From NCBI GenBank assembly GCA_050953065.1, contig JBMNLZ010000003.1, positions 160,001 to 224,000 of the forward strand: DNA of 64,000 nucleotides, written 5' to 3'. This stretch comes from Bacilli bacterium. Lineage in GTDB: Bacteria > Bacillota_I > Bacilli_A > ML615J-28 > CAG-698. Under the pieces are notes generated by a model. That model was not told the origin of the DNA and made no database searches. It saw only the letters and a list, made by a program, of their open reading frames with translations. Shown here in pieces: positions 1-10,378 of the stretch (positions are counted from its first letter, which is position 1; each line of letters starts with the position of its first letter). Position numbers and translations under genes: made by a program.

Positions 1-318
1 ATTATGAATTCTTATATGAAACATCATCGCATTTAAATTGTATTGTTTCATAGTATCGATTGCTGCATTCATCGCATTTTTAAAAGTATCAACTCCATTT
101 ACCCTAACATCTCCTGTTAAAGGTGTAATCCAAACTCCACGCATATCATATTTTTGCTTTTCATAAACATCAGGAATTTGAACTTGTGTACTTGTTCTAT
201 AGTAATAAACTGCTTCATTGTCAATTTCTAAGCCTATTAAATTATATCCTTTGACATTAACTAATACTATAAACATTAAAACTATTGATATTAAAAAGGC
301 ATTCAGTATTTTTTTCAT
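1..318 (-). CDS. GHL10/DUF187-family glycosyl hydrolase, 5' part only (runs off window edge)
   Basis: Not in ORF track. ATG at 318 with SD aaggaag. Translates MKKILNAFLISIVLMFIVLVNVKGYNLIGLEIDNEAVYYYRTSTQVQIPDVYEKQKYDMRGVWITP...MMFHIRIHN, colinear with the N-terminus of 330..2627. Confidence 0.85.
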   Translation of the reverse strand, partial: MKKILNAFLISIVLMFIVLVNVKGYNLIGLEIDNEAVYYYRTSTQVQIPDVYEKQKYDMRGVWITPLTGDVRVNGVDTFKNAMNAAIDTMKQYNLNAMMFHIRIHN

Positions 319-329
319 AATTTCTTCCT

Positions 330-2627
330 TTAATTATAATTTTCTTTTCTTTTTATCATCATAAACCCAAAGCCAACAAACAAGAAAAATAGATTAACTG
401 CAGTTGCCTTACAACCCTTTTTAGGAGTCTCTTCTTCTGGCGGAGTAATAGGAGTAGGATCTATATATTGATATAAAATATAATTATCATAAACTAAATT
501 ATCATATATATCTAAAACTTCTAAAGAAACAGTATTAATACCATCAGCTAAAAAGCTTGTTATATCAAAGTCTGAATTTGGATCAATCAAAGTTTTAACT
601 AAATTATCTTCAACAAACACCTTAATTTCTTTAAATTGTTCTTCCGGCATTCCTAAATTCCACTTTAATAAGCAACTAGTAATCAAAGTATCAGGATTTG
701 TTCTTTCTTCAATCATTACATCATTTAAAGTATATTTATTCACTGCAGTTGTTTCATAGGTTAGGCTTAAAGATTTTACTTCTGAATTTGATTTATATGC
801 TTTTAAAGTGATATTATTTGTTCCTGCTTTTAATAAATATGAAATATCATATTTATTAAGCATCTCATTAACATTTAATAAATAATTATTATTTATTTTA
901 ATTTTAAAACTATCAATTTCATCTAGAAAGTTGTTTTTCCAAATTAAAGTAGGATTACCATAAATTACATCAATTTCTAAATTATCAATTACTGGAATTA
1001 TTACTTTTCCACTTACTGGATAAGTTAATTCTCCTTCAGTATTTGTTCCTGAAATTGCTGTTATCGCATATGTATAACTCTTAGTAGGATCATTTGTTTC
1101 ATCTACAAAATACTTTGCTTTATTACCAACTACTGTTAATAACTCTGATGCAGTTTGATTAACTGTATCAGACTCACTTCTATAGATTGCATAACGCCTT
1201 GCGTTAGCTAAACTATCCCAAGATAGTTTATTTCCTTCAACTCTAAAATTACTAACTTTCCCTAAACTAACTGGAGTCATTGTTCTAATTTCAGGAAGAA
1301 GCGAAGGATAATCCCACAATTCTTTTAAATTATTAGCGTTTATAGCATTAGTTGTTAGGACACCATTCTTAGCAGCCTTTAACTCCCCATATTTATAAAT
1401 AAAAGTTCCTCTAACACTTTCAAACTGAGATGTGTATGTTACTTGCATTGCTGCTTCATGTAAGTTGGTTCTCCAAGAACCTTGGGCCATATAAATCCCC
1501 ATTGAAGCATATAGGTTTACTTTCTTCCTAGCAGTAGCTAGCGCCCACCATTCAACTAAATCCGCAAACTGCCCAGGATTATCCATAAAAGACCAATAAG
1601 TTTGAGGAGCAATATAATCTATCCACTCATTATCTACCCACTTTTTAGTATCAGCATATAAATAAGAACCATAATGAGCATTACATCCACTATTGTTTGA
1701 GCCTACCGCTGAATAAGTCCCACTATCATCATATGTTCCACCAATTGCTTGAGCACGAGTGTTAACTGTTCTATAAACTCCAGTTGGAGCAATTCCCAAC
1801 TGAACATGGCGATTATGTTCCTCATTGTATTCTCTCATAGTAATACTTAATTTTTCAATAAACATATTAACTTGTTCTCTTCGCCAATCTGCAATATTTA
1901 AGCCCTTCGGATTATAAGCATTATATGTTGCAGTATCATTAATTCTAGCTGCATAGAAATAATCATCAAAATGAATTGCATCTATATCATAATTTTCAAT
2001 AATTTCCATACATGTATCTACTAAGAAATCTCTTACCAAAGGAATTCCTGGATTTAAAATCAAACCTTCCTTTATACCATCATGCATTGTTAAAAGATTC
2101 GCAGAATTTTTTGCAGGATTTGCATCAGGATAATAAGATTCTGGCATCGCAGTAGCACGATACGGATTAAGCCAAGCATGAAATTCATAACCTTCTTCAT
2201 GGCATCTCTTAATTACCCATTCTAAAGGATCAAAAGTATCAAAATCAATATTTAAGACTCTAGTAGATTTAGGATTTAGTCTTGATGGATAATAAGCATC
2301 ATTGTGTGATCTAACATGAAATACTAAAGTATTAAGATTAAAAAACTTCATTGTTTCAAAAACTTCTTCTAATTCTGTTCTAAAATTAACTTCATTATTA
2401 ATTCTAATATCACCAGAAATAGGCGTTACCCAGATTGCTCTCATATCAAACTTTCTTTTTTCATAAGCATCTGGCGTTTGAACTTGAGTTTGAGTTCCTT
2501 TGTAGTAAACTTTTTCTCCATCAATTTCAAGCCCTGTTAATTCATAAGCTTTACTTTCGCCTAAACTAATTACTATAATAAACATCAAGATTAAAGAAAG
2601 GATACTGAATTTTAAAAGTTTTTTCAT
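330..2627 (-). CDS. Secreted GHL10/DUF187 (YddW/DigH-like) glycosyl hydrolase with Fn3/Ig-like domains and C-terminal membrane anchor
   Basis: Signal peptide; motifs MRAIW, FHAWLNPYR, IDAIHFDDYFY, WRREQVN, IDYIAPQTYW; Fn3-like LSW...YAIYR...YTYAITA; Pro-rich linker, KKGC, hydrophobic helix, KRK tail. Confidence 0.85.
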   Translation of the reverse strand: MKKLLKFSILSLILMFIIVISLGESKAYELTGLEIDGEKVYYKGTQTQVQTPDAYEKRKFDMRAIWVTPISGDIRINNEVNFRTELEEVFETMKFFNLNTLVFHVRSHNDAYYPSRLNPKSTRVLNIDFDTFDPLEWVIKRCHEEGYEFHAWLNPYRATAMPESYYPDANPAKNSANLLTMHDGIKEGLILNPGIPLVRDFLVDTCMEIIENYDIDAIHFDDYFYAARINDTATYNAYNPKGLNIADWRREQVNMFIEKLSITMREYNEEHNRHVQLGIAPTGVYRTVNTRAQAIGGTYDDSGTYSAVGSNNSGCNAHYGSYLYADTKKWVDNEWIDYIAPQTYWSFMDNPGQFADLVEWWALATARKKVNLYASMGIYMAQGSWRTNLHEAAMQVTYTSQFESVRGTFIYKYGELKAAKNGVLTTNAINANNLKELWDYPSLLPEIRTMTPVSLGKVSNFRVEGNKLSWDSLANARRYAIYRSESDTVNQTASELLTVVGNKAKYFVDETNDPTKSYTYAITAISGTNTEGELTYPVSGKVIIPVIDNLEIDVIYGNPTLIWKNNFLDEIDSFKIKINNNYLLNVNEMLNKYDISYLLKAGTNNITLKAYKSNSEVKSLSLTYETTAVNKYTLNDVMIEERTNPDTLITSCLLKWNLGMPEEQFKEIKVFVEDNLVKTLIDPNSDFDITSFLADGINTVSLEVLDIYDNLVYDNYILYQYIDPTPITPPEEETPKKGCKATAVNLFFLFVGFGFMMIKRKENYN

Positions 2628-2735
2628 TTTTCACCTGCGGTTTTTAAATTTTTTATTTATTATAAAGCGCATACATTTTATTATATCATAAAAAACGTTT
2701 TCTGCATATTTTTTTATTTTTTTTACATAAAAAGA

Positions 2736-2763
2736 AAGATAAGATACATAAATATCTTATCTT
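2736..2763 (-). terminator. Intrinsic terminator ending the pho/pst-acyltransferase unit
   Basis: aagataagata-N6-tatcttatctt inverted repeat followed by a T-rich run on the minus strand. Confidence 0.7.
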
Positions 2764-3454
2764 ACATTTTAGAAAGTTCATTTGCTCTGTCTTTAAAAAT
2801 CGCAGCAATTTCTTTATGATTTAGATTTTTCTTTTCTAACTCTAAAAAAGAGACCGCTTTATCTATAACTAGAGTCTTCTTCTTCCTTTGAAAATACATA
2901 TTATAGATTTTAATATCTCTTTGGTATTTTTCATAAAACTTAGAAGCTAGAAAATAAAATCCTCCGTAATATTCTTTTAATTCATCATGATAACCATCAC
3001 TTGAATTTTCCGGAAAAATCAAAATATTAGTGCCTTTATCTAACAAATCCAAACTATATTCAATTGTTTTTATCATTCTTTGATCAGTATATGTCGGAAT
3101 TAATTGCATCCCCTTATAAAAAAGCCCACTAAAAGGAGCAATTAAGCTCGCTTTTATAACAGATACAAACTTTGAATTATGTTTCTTTTTTAAAAAATAG
3201 TTCTTAGCTAAATAATCCCATCTAGCCTTAATCCCACCACACATCTCATATGTTCCCCAAAACCTAAAATTTTTTGGAAAATATAATTCTAAAGTAATCG
3301 GGCCATTAGCCCCTACGTGATTACTCACATAGATTGCTGAATCCTCTAAAGCTCCACCTAAATTAATAAATTTAGGTTTTCTTTTAAATATTCTTAATAT
3401 ACACTTTATAAATCTAAAAAATGGTTTTCTTTTTGGCTTCGTTGATAACTGCAT
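2762..3454 (-). CDS. PlsC-like lysophospholipid acyltransferase family protein
   Basis: YVSNH block I (the usual HxxxxD Asp is absent) and ILIFPE block III. Confidence 0.7.
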   Translation of the reverse strand: MQLSTKPKRKPFFRFIKCILRIFKRKPKFINLGGALEDSAIYVSNHVGANGPITLELYFPKNFRFWGTYEMCGGIKARWDYLAKNYFLKKKHNSKFVSVIKASLIAPFSGLFYKGMQLIPTYTDQRMIKTIEYSLDLLDKGTNILIFPENSSDGYHDELKEYYGGFYFLASKFYEKYQRDIKIYNMYFQRKKKTLVIDKAVSFLELEKKNLNHKEIAAIFKDRANELSKM

Positions 3455-3475
3455 GAATATATTTTCTCCTATTAG

Positions 3476-5149
3476 TTAGTTTTTAAAGTCAATTGTAAAG
3501 ATTGTCCCTTCATTTTTCTTGCTCTTAAACGAAATATCAAAATTATATAAAGAACAAATATGTTTAACAATTGCTAGTCCTAACCCTGTACCACCCAGTT
3601 CTTTGCTTTTACCTTTATCAACGCGATAAAATCTTTCAAAAATCCTTGATTGATGTTCCTCATCAATTCCAATACCACCATCTGCAATAGTTAAAGATTT
3701 TTTTTCTAATTTTATATTTATAAATCCTTCATTAACATTATATTTGATAGCATTGTCTATTAAATTTCTTACTAGATGAACTGCATGATCAGTGTTCATC
3801 TTTATTATAACATCTTTTAAGTCTAAATTGATAGAAAGATTTTTACTTTTTATATTATTATCATAACTATTTAAAACATCTTTAATTGTTAGTGGTAAAT
3901 CAACATCCGTTACTTGCACTTTTTTAACGTTTTCTAGTTTTGATAATTCAAGCATTTCAGAAAGAATTGCATTCATTCTTGTTGCTTCTTTAATTGTATT
4001 TTCTGTTGCTTGAGCGATTTCTTTTTTATCTTTAACAATTCCTTCTTTAATCATTTGTTGGTAACCAATGATTGTAGTTAAAGGACTTTTTAACTCATGT
4101 GATGCATTCGCAAAAAATTCTTTTTTCATAATTTCAATTTTTTTAGCTTTTGTAATATTAGTGAAAAGTAAGGCAACACCTGCTTTGCCATTAGACCTTG
4201 TCAACCAACTACTTTTAATCGTATTAAAATACACCGAATATGTTTGATCGCCTATTTTTATATCTGTAGTACTAATTATGCTATCCTCAATTGCTTTAGA
4301 AATTTGAATTTGAAGGTTAACATCTCTTATTAGATATAAATAATCTCTATTAATTACTTTTTCTTTTTTAACATTTAAGACATTACAAATATAATCATTT
4401 ACTAAAACTACTTCTTTTTCAGATGAAATTACGATTAACCCTTGATTCATATTATTAAGTACGAAATCAACTTTTTCTTTTTCATCAGCAATAGCCTTTA
4501 TTTTTTCATCAACTAAATTGCTTATCTTATCAATATGATGAGAAAATGTTTCAATATTATCGTAATAATAATCGCCACTAAACTCAACTATTTTTTCCAT
4601 CTTATCAACTACTTTTCTTAATGGTTTTAATGTTTCTTTATTAATAGGCATCATTATTAAAACAGAAAGAATTGTAATTGCAATTAAAACAAATAATGCA
4701 ACAAACATAAAATTAATAATAATTTTATTAATCGATGCAACAGGAATTGCAACTCTTAAATAAATTCCATGCTTAATACTTGCCACATACATCATTCTTA
4801 ATTTAAAAGTATCAGAATATCTAGCAACAACACGTCCAAGATCAACAATCTCAGGACGATTTATATGAGAATCAAATTCCTCAGTATCTGACAAAGTATC
4901 ATATAATACATCACCTTCTAAAGATATAAAAGTCATTCTTACATTTGGTTTAGCATTATTAATAATTTCAGAGGTTTCGGCAAAATTATCTCCAGTAAAA
5001 ACACCTTCTGCAATATATAAATAACTTTCAATTTCATTTTTTGTATTATTATAATTAACTCTAGATATTATAATCATACTAACAGATAGCAATAAAATAA
5101 GAGCTACAAAAACAATAATCGAATTAGTAATAATTAATCTTTTTCTCAT
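3476..5149 (-). CDS. phoR: Phosphate regulon sensor histidine kinase PhoR
   Basis: Two TMs, PAS, H-box ANASHELKSPLT, N-box NLIDNAIKYN, G-boxes DGGIGI and GGTGLGL; lies in the pst operon. Confidence 0.9.
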   Translation of the reverse strand: MRKRLIITNSIIVFVALILLLSVSMIIISRVNYNNTKNEIESYLYIAEGVFTGDNFAETSEIINNAKPNVRMTFISLEGDVLYDTLSDTEEFDSHINRPEIVDLGRVVARYSDTFKLRMMYVASIKHGIYLRVAIPVASINKIIINFMFVALFVLIAITILSVLIMMPINKETLKPLRKVVDKMEKIVEFSGDYYYDNIETFSHHIDKISNLVDEKIKAIADEKEKVDFVLNNMNQGLIVISSEKEVVLVNDYICNVLNVKKEKVINRDYLYLIRDVNLQIQISKAIEDSIISTTDIKIGDQTYSVYFNTIKSSWLTRSNGKAGVALLFTNITKAKKIEIMKKEFFANASHELKSPLTTIIGYQQMIKEGIVKDKKEIAQATENTIKEATRMNAILSEMLELSKLENVKKVQVTDVDLPLTIKDVLNSYDNNIKSKNLSINLDLKDVIIKMNTDHAVHLVRNLIDNAIKYNVNEGFINIKLEKKSLTIADGGIGIDEEHQSRIFERFYRVDKGKSKELGGTGLGLAIVKHICSLYNFDISFKSKKNEGTIFTIDFKN

Positions 5150-5817
5150 AATGATATTCTATATCCTATTCCATGTACTGTTTTAATAATTTTCATATCT
5201 TTATCACCTAGTTTTTCTCTAATAGATTTAATATGCATATCGACTGCTCTGGTTTCCAAAATACTGTCAACTCCCCAAATTTGATTAATTATTTCTTCTC
5301 TTGAAACAGCTTCTCCAGCTTTATTCATTAACAAAGTTAAAATTTCAAATTCTCTAACAGTTAAAAAGATTTCTTCTTTTCCTTTAAAACAAGTATGTTT
5401 ATTAACATCTAAAACTATATCTCCTTGTTGAAGTAAGTTTGTTTTTTTACGTCTTCTAAATTTAGCATTTATCCTAGACATTAATTCTAAAATATTAAAA
5501 GGTTTTTCAATATAATCATCTGCCCCCAAATCAAGCCCATCGATTTTATTGACAAGCAAAGTATTAGCAGAAATTATAATAATATCAATATCATTATTTT
5601 TTTCATCACTTCTAATTTCTTTTAAAATTTCAGAACCACTAATATCAGGCAACATCATATCAAGCAAAATCATTTCAGGCTTTTCTTTTTTAAATGCTTC
5701 AAAAAAACTTTTTCCATTATAAAAAGTTTTTACTTCATAACCTTGTTTTGTAAGAGTGGTATTAATAATATAGGCAATATCCTTATCATCTTCAACCGAA
5801 TAAATTAAATGTTTCAT
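5146..5817 (-). CDS. phoP: PhoP/PhoB-type OmpR-family response regulator
   Basis: VEDD, LLDMMLP, GADDYIEKPF, winged helix RAVDMHIKSIREKL...TVHGIGY; between phoU and phoR. Confidence 0.88.
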   Translation of the reverse strand: MKHLIYSVEDDKDIAYIINTTLTKQGYEVKTFYNGKSFFEAFKKEKPEMILLDMMLPDISGSEILKEIRSDEKNNDIDIIIISANTLLVNKIDGLDLGADDYIEKPFNILELMSRINAKFRRRKKTNLLQQGDIVLDVNKHTCFKGKEEIFLTVREFEILTLLMNKAGEAVSREEIINQIWGVDSILETRAVDMHIKSIREKLGDKDMKIIKTVHGIGYRISL

Positions 5818-5824
5818 ATTTACC

Positions 5825-6484
5825 TCAAAAAATCTTTTCTTCTTTATGGAAACCGCTACTAATATAAATTACCCATTCAGCAATATTAACAGCATGGTCA
5901 GCTATCCTCTCTATATATTTTACCACCAAAGTGTTGTAAATAGCAAATAAAACTCCAATTTTTGCATGAGTTCCTTCTTCAACAAAATATTCAATCATTT
6001 CTAAATACATTTTATCAACTATTTCATCTCTTTTTATAACCTCTCTTGCAAGAGGAATATCTTTATTAATATAGCTTAAAATTGACTCTTTAACCATCGA
6101 AAGAGTTACATTAACAAACTTTTCCATTCTTTCTATTTTACCATTTTTTAAAGCATTAATTTTATAGCTAACTTCTACAATATCTTCTGCTTGATCTCCA
6201 ATTCGTTCTAAATCTGCTACTAACTTTAAAACCCCAGTTACTTGACGTAAATCTCTAGCATAAGGACGTTCTCTTAAGATAATACTTAAGCATAAACTTT
6301 CGACTAACTTTTCATACTGATCAACGATATCATCATTGATATCAATTTCTTCTTCAGTAATTTCTCCTTTATAAAAACTAAAGGCTTCTGCTATATTTTT
6401 TACAACAAGATCCGACATTTGAAACAACATTTTATTTAACAATTCTAAATCTTTATCTAATTGTTTATTCATACTTTTAACCAA
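5825..6484 (-). CDS. phoU: Phosphate signalling protein PhoU
   Basis: DLERIGD and [14 protein letters not shown] repeats; start may be the second Met (MNKQ). Confidence 0.95.
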   Translation of the reverse strand: MVKSMNKQLDKDLELLNKMLFQMSDLVVKNIAEAFSFYKGEITEEEIDINDDIVDQYEKLVESLCLSIILRERPYARDLRQVTGVLKLVADLERIGDQAEDIVEVSYKINALKNGKIERMEKFVNVTLSMVKESILSYINKDIPLAREVIKRDEIVDKMYLEMIEYFVEEGTHAKIGVLFAIYNTLVVKYIERIADHAVNIAEWVIYISSGFHKEEKIF

Positions 6485-7226
6485 ACCTTCCTGTTATATA
6501 ATCTTCAGTTTTTTTGTTTTTAGGATTTTTAAAAATGTTTTCGGTTCTATCATACTCAATGATTTCACCTAACAAAAAAAAGGCCGTGTAATCACTAACT
6601 CTAGCTGCTTGTTGCATATTATGAGTTACGATGATTATTGTATATTGTTGCTTAAGTTCAAAAATCAACTCTTCAATTTTTAAAGTAGCAATCGGATCAA
6701 GTGCACTGGTTGGTTCATCCATCAAAATTACTTTTGGTTGCATCGCAATACATCTAGCAATGCAAAGACGTTGTTGCTGGCCACCTGATAGGCTCAAAGC
6801 ATTATCCTTTAGTCTATCTTTAACTTCTTCATAAAGAGAGGCTTTTTTTAAGGATTCTATTACTATTTCTTTTAATTTAGCTTTATTTTTTATTCCCTGG
6901 CACCTTAAACCATAAGCTACATTATCAAAAATGCTCATTGGAAATGGATTCGGAGTTTGAAAAACCATTCCTACCATAGTCCTTAATTTAATAACATCCA
7001 TATTATTAATATTCAATCCATCATAGAAAATATCACCAGTTATTGAACAACCACTAATTAAATCATTCATTCTATTTAAAGATCTTAGGAAAGTGGATTT
7101 CCCACAACCAGAAGGACCAATAAAAGCAGTTACGTTATTTTCAAAAATGTCTAAATTAATGTCTTTTAAAACATGATTATCATCATATTTTAAATTCATA
7201 TTCTCAACTTTAAAAACACTATTCAT
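6477..7226 (-). CDS. pstB: Phosphate ABC transporter ATPase PstB
   Basis: [41 protein letters not shown]-terminus. Confidence 0.97.
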   Translation of the reverse strand: MNSVFKVENMNLKYDDNHVLKDINLDIFENNVTAFIGPSGCGKSTFLRSLNRMNDLISGCSITGDIFYDGLNINNMDVIKLRTMVGMVFQTPNPFPMSIFDNVAYGLRCQGIKNKAKLKEIVIESLKKASLYEEVKDRLKDNALSLSGGQQQRLCIARCIAMQPKVILMDEPTSALDPIATLKIEELIFELKQQYTIIIVTHNMQQAARVSDYTAFFLLGEIIEYDRTENIFKNPKNKKTEDYITGRFG

Positions 7227-8437
7227 TAGTTTTCCTCCTGAAATCTATTTATTTTTTTACTAACATATTTAACTGAAATACTAAGAATAAAGACTATCAT
7301 TAAAATAATTATTGAGATAGCACAAGATAATTCAAAGTTAGGATTCTCCCCACTCATCATACTCCAAATATGAACAGCTAGAGTTGTTGATTTATTTGAA
7401 ATAGAAACTCTGTCTTTTATGGCAGTTCCTACCGCATAAATTAAAGCAGCGCTTTCTCCAATAATTCTACCAATTGAAAGTAGGGTTGCTGTTAGAATCC
7501 CTGACAAAGCATTTGGAATAACAACTTTAAAAGTTGTTTGAGTTTTGCTGGCACCAAGGGCAAGTGAAGCATGACGATACTTATCTGGTATTGCTTTTAG
7601 TGCTTCTTCGGTAGTTTTTGCAATCGTTGGCAATAAAATAACTGCTAAAGTTAAAGCACCACTTAAAAGGTTCCCACCATTTGCATTAAGAAGTTTACTA
7701 GTAAACGGAATAAAAACAGTAGCTCCCATTAACCCAAAAATAATTGATGGCATCCCTGCAATTAAATCAATTGATGATTTAATTAAATTGGTAAACTTAT
7801 TTTGTTTAGCAAATTCATTTAAATAAATCGCTGTACCAATTCCTAATGGTAGAGCAAAAATAAGCGTTAGGATTATTAGATAAAGTGTTGTTAAAAGAGA
7901 GCCTCTAATTCCACCACCTGGTTCTAACATTATCATATCTTTTATAACATCACCTTGTTCAAACTTTTCAATTAAACTTTCTGCTTTATCTCTGCTTAAT
8001 CCCATAATAAAACTAGATTCATCGCTTGAAAGTATGATTTTATTAATCGCACTTCCTACTTTTAAAGATTTGTATTCTTTTGTTTGAACATCTGACATGT
8101 TTCTTAATGGAGACCTTTCATCTAAATAAGCAATTTCTACAATTGGCTTATTTTCATTATCAACTGCATCTTTTAAAGCAATTCCCCATCTAGATGAAAA
8201 ATATGTATTGTTTAAATCTGGATCAACATAACCTCCTAGAATATAGTTTTCCCTATCTTCTAGTTTTAAATTTGTTACATAATCAAAATAATTTCCTGTA
8301 ATTAATTTAAAAGAAATTAATTTATAACCATTTGAAAAAATAAAAATTAATAAAGCTGCTAAAACTACCAACCCAACACTTGAAAATAAATACGTAACAA
8401 TATTAATACTAATTTCTTTTACTTTTCTTACGTTCAT
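7226..8437 (-). CDS. pstA: Phosphate ABC permease PstA with ~120-aa extracytoplasmic insertion
   Basis: [37 protein letters not shown]; 403 aa, about 100+ aa longer than a typical PstA. Confidence 0.92.
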   Translation of the reverse strand: MNVRKVKEISINIVTYLFSSVGLVVLAALLIFIFSNGYKLISFKLITGNYFDYVTNLKLEDRENYILGGYVDPDLNNTYFSSRWGIALKDAVDNENKPIVEIAYLDERSPLRNMSDVQTKEYKSLKVGSAINKIILSSDESSFIMGLSRDKAESLIEKFEQGDVIKDMIMLEPGGGIRGSLLTTLYLIILTLIFALPLGIGTAIYLNEFAKQNKFTNLIKSSIDLIAGMPSIIFGLMGATVFIPFTSKLLNANGGNLLSGALTLAVILLPTIAKTTEEALKAIPDKYRHASLALGASKTQTTFKVVIPNALSGILTATLLSIGRIIGESAALIYAVGTAIKDRVSISNKSTTLAVHIWSMMSGENPNFELSCAISIIILMIVFILSISVKYVSKKINRFQEEN

Positions 8438-9384
8438 TTTAATAACCTCTTTTTAAAATATGTTAAAACTAAATTGCTGATGATTATCAAAAAAATCAAG
8501 ATTATTCCTACACTAAAACGTATATCATAATCAAGTCCGGTAGTTTCTTTTAATCCTAAAAGCATAGTTGAGGTAAGAGTTCTTGTTGTATCAAATAAAT
8601 TAAAGTTTGGTCCACTCCCAGCATTTCCTGCAACCATTGAAATAGCTGTTGCTTCTCCTAAGGCTCTTCCAACAGCCAAAATTATTCCAGCAAAAATTCC
8701 AGATTTTGCACTAGTAATCACTATTTTAAAGTTTGTTTGAGTCTTACTTGCACCAAGTGCTAAAGAACCATGAATTAAATCAGCCTTAACTGCATTCATA
8801 CTAGTAATACTAATTAAAGTAATTGTGGGAATAACCATAATTGTTAGAACTAATATTGTCGATAGAGTAGAAATTCCTCCAGCACTCTGATAGCCAAAAA
8901 AAGTTGAAATATTTTTAACTATTTTTGTTATAACACCCATTCCAAAAAGCCCATAAATAATTGAAGGAATACTTGCTAGTAATTCTATAATTGAACTCAA
9001 TATTTTTTTTATTGGTTTGGGGGCAATCCTAGAAATTACTAAAGCTGTTAAAACTGAAATTACTGTAGCAAGAAATGTTGCAATCATAACGACGTAAAAT
9101 GTATTAATAATTATAAAACCAACCCCATAGATATTTGGACTAACAAACCAAGTATTACCTGTTAAAAACTTCCAAACATTAACTCTATAGTTTTCTCCAT
9201 TTATGTTGTAATAACTGAAAAAAGGCATTAATCCTTTTCTAAGGATAAACGCCAAGATTATAATTATGAAAGAAGCACCTATTAAGGTTATTCCAAAAAA
9301 ACTATTTCTGGTTATTATATCTGTAAGTGCCTTCTTTTTGAAATCGACTTCACTTTTGTCTTTTTTTATTCTAGCTCGCTCCAC
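8434..9384 (-). CDS. pstC: Phosphate ABC permease PstC
   Basis: ELLASIPSIIYGLFG, SLALGAS, GRALGEATAISMVAGN. Confidence 0.95.
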   Translation of the reverse strand: MERARIKKDKSEVDFKKKALTDIITRNSFFGITLIGASFIIIILAFILRKGLMPFFSYYNINGENYRVNVWKFLTGNTWFVSPNIYGVGFIIINTFYVVMIATFLATVISVLTALVISRIAPKPIKKILSSIIELLASIPSIIYGLFGMGVITKIVKNISTFFGYQSAGGISTLSTILVLTIMVIPTITLISITSMNAVKADLIHGSLALGASKTQTNFKIVITSAKSGIFAGIILAVGRALGEATAISMVAGNAGSGPNFNLFDTTRTLTSTMLLGLKETTGLDYDIRFSVGIILIFLIIISNLVLTYFKKRLLK

Positions 9385-10286
9385 TTTGTGATATCTCCTT
9401 TATATACACTCTTTAAGTTAGCAGCTGTGATATTAGATAATTTATTTTTTGTATTAACAACTGCAACTATTGCGTCTACACAAATTGTACCAGATGTATT
9501 TAAAGCAGCTTTTTCTGTATCAGGCTTAAACTCTCTTGATGCAAAACCGATATGTAGTTTGTTAGCACCATCTTTTTCTGATCCTTGTGTTCCTTTAAAA
9601 GCTTCTCCACTTCCTACATGACCATGTTCAGGAACAAAATTACCACATTTTGCTGCAAACTCAGCTGATAAAGCTTTTGCAATACTTTCTACAGATGTAG
9701 AACCACCAAATTTAATTGTAATTGCACTATTATCTTCTGAACATATTGGATGTTGTGTTTTAATATCATCCCATGAAGGATCAGTAGTTTTTACTTCTAC
9801 AATTCCACTTTTATTTTTGATTGTTGCTTTACCTTCTTTTGTTCCTAAATAAGCAATGAACGCTTTTACAATTTTTTCTTCAGCTTCAGAAGCAAATGTT
9901 TCTCTAATTATATAGTTAAAGTTTCTCTTCATTGTATATGTTCCAGCAATAACATTAGCTTCAGTTGGTTCAACACCTTCATACTTTAGCCCCTTTAATC
10001 CCGATGTTTCAAGTGATGCCATTGAAATATAACCGATTCCATATTCATCATTTTTAACTGCATTAATAATTCCGCCATTACTTTCTAATTCAACAAACCC
10101 TTCAACTAATTCTGTATTTTCCTTAACCGCATCTTTAAAACCAATCGCTGTAAAAAAACCATCTCTTGTACCACTTGATGTATCTCTTGTATAAACAGTG
10201 ATCTTGTGATCTGTTTCCGCCTTTTTACAACCTACAAATAAAACTGCACTAAACATTAAAACTAATACTAATAAAATTTTTTTCAT
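9366..10286 (-). CDS. pstS: Phosphate-binding lipoprotein PstS, circularly permuted type
   Basis: Lipobox FVGC; RDTSSGTR half comes before the GGSTSV/ASRE/IVAVVN/ITKW half; first gene of the pst operon. Confidence 0.9.
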   Translation of the reverse strand: MKKILLVLVLMFSAVLFVGCKKAETDHKITVYTRDTSSGTRDGFFTAIGFKDAVKENTELVEGFVELESNGGIINAVKNDEYGIGYISMASLETSGLKGLKYEGVEPTEANVIAGTYTMKRNFNYIIRETFASEAEEKIVKAFIAYLGTKEGKATIKNKSGIVEVKTTDPSWDDIKTQHPICSEDNSAITIKFGGSTSVESIAKALSAEFAAKCGNFVPEHGHVGSGEAFKGTQGSEKDGANKLHIGFASREFKPDTEKAALNTSGTICVDAIVAVVNTKNKLSNITAANLKSVYKGDITKWSELE

Positions 10287-10350
10287 TCTTTTCTCCTTTT
10301 CATTACACCACCATTATATATGCTATTAATAACCCAAAAAATCTTATATC

Positions 10351-10378
10351 TGTAAAGAATTGTAAAGAAATTGTAAAG
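10351..10378 (-). promoter_or_regulatory. Pho box: three TTTACA direct repeats upstream of pstS
   Basis: Minus strand CTTTACAATTTCTTTACAATTCTTTACA with 11- and 10-bp periods, matching the Bacillus PhoP TT(A/T/C)ACA repeat; TATAAT -10 at 10313-10318. Confidence 0.8.
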
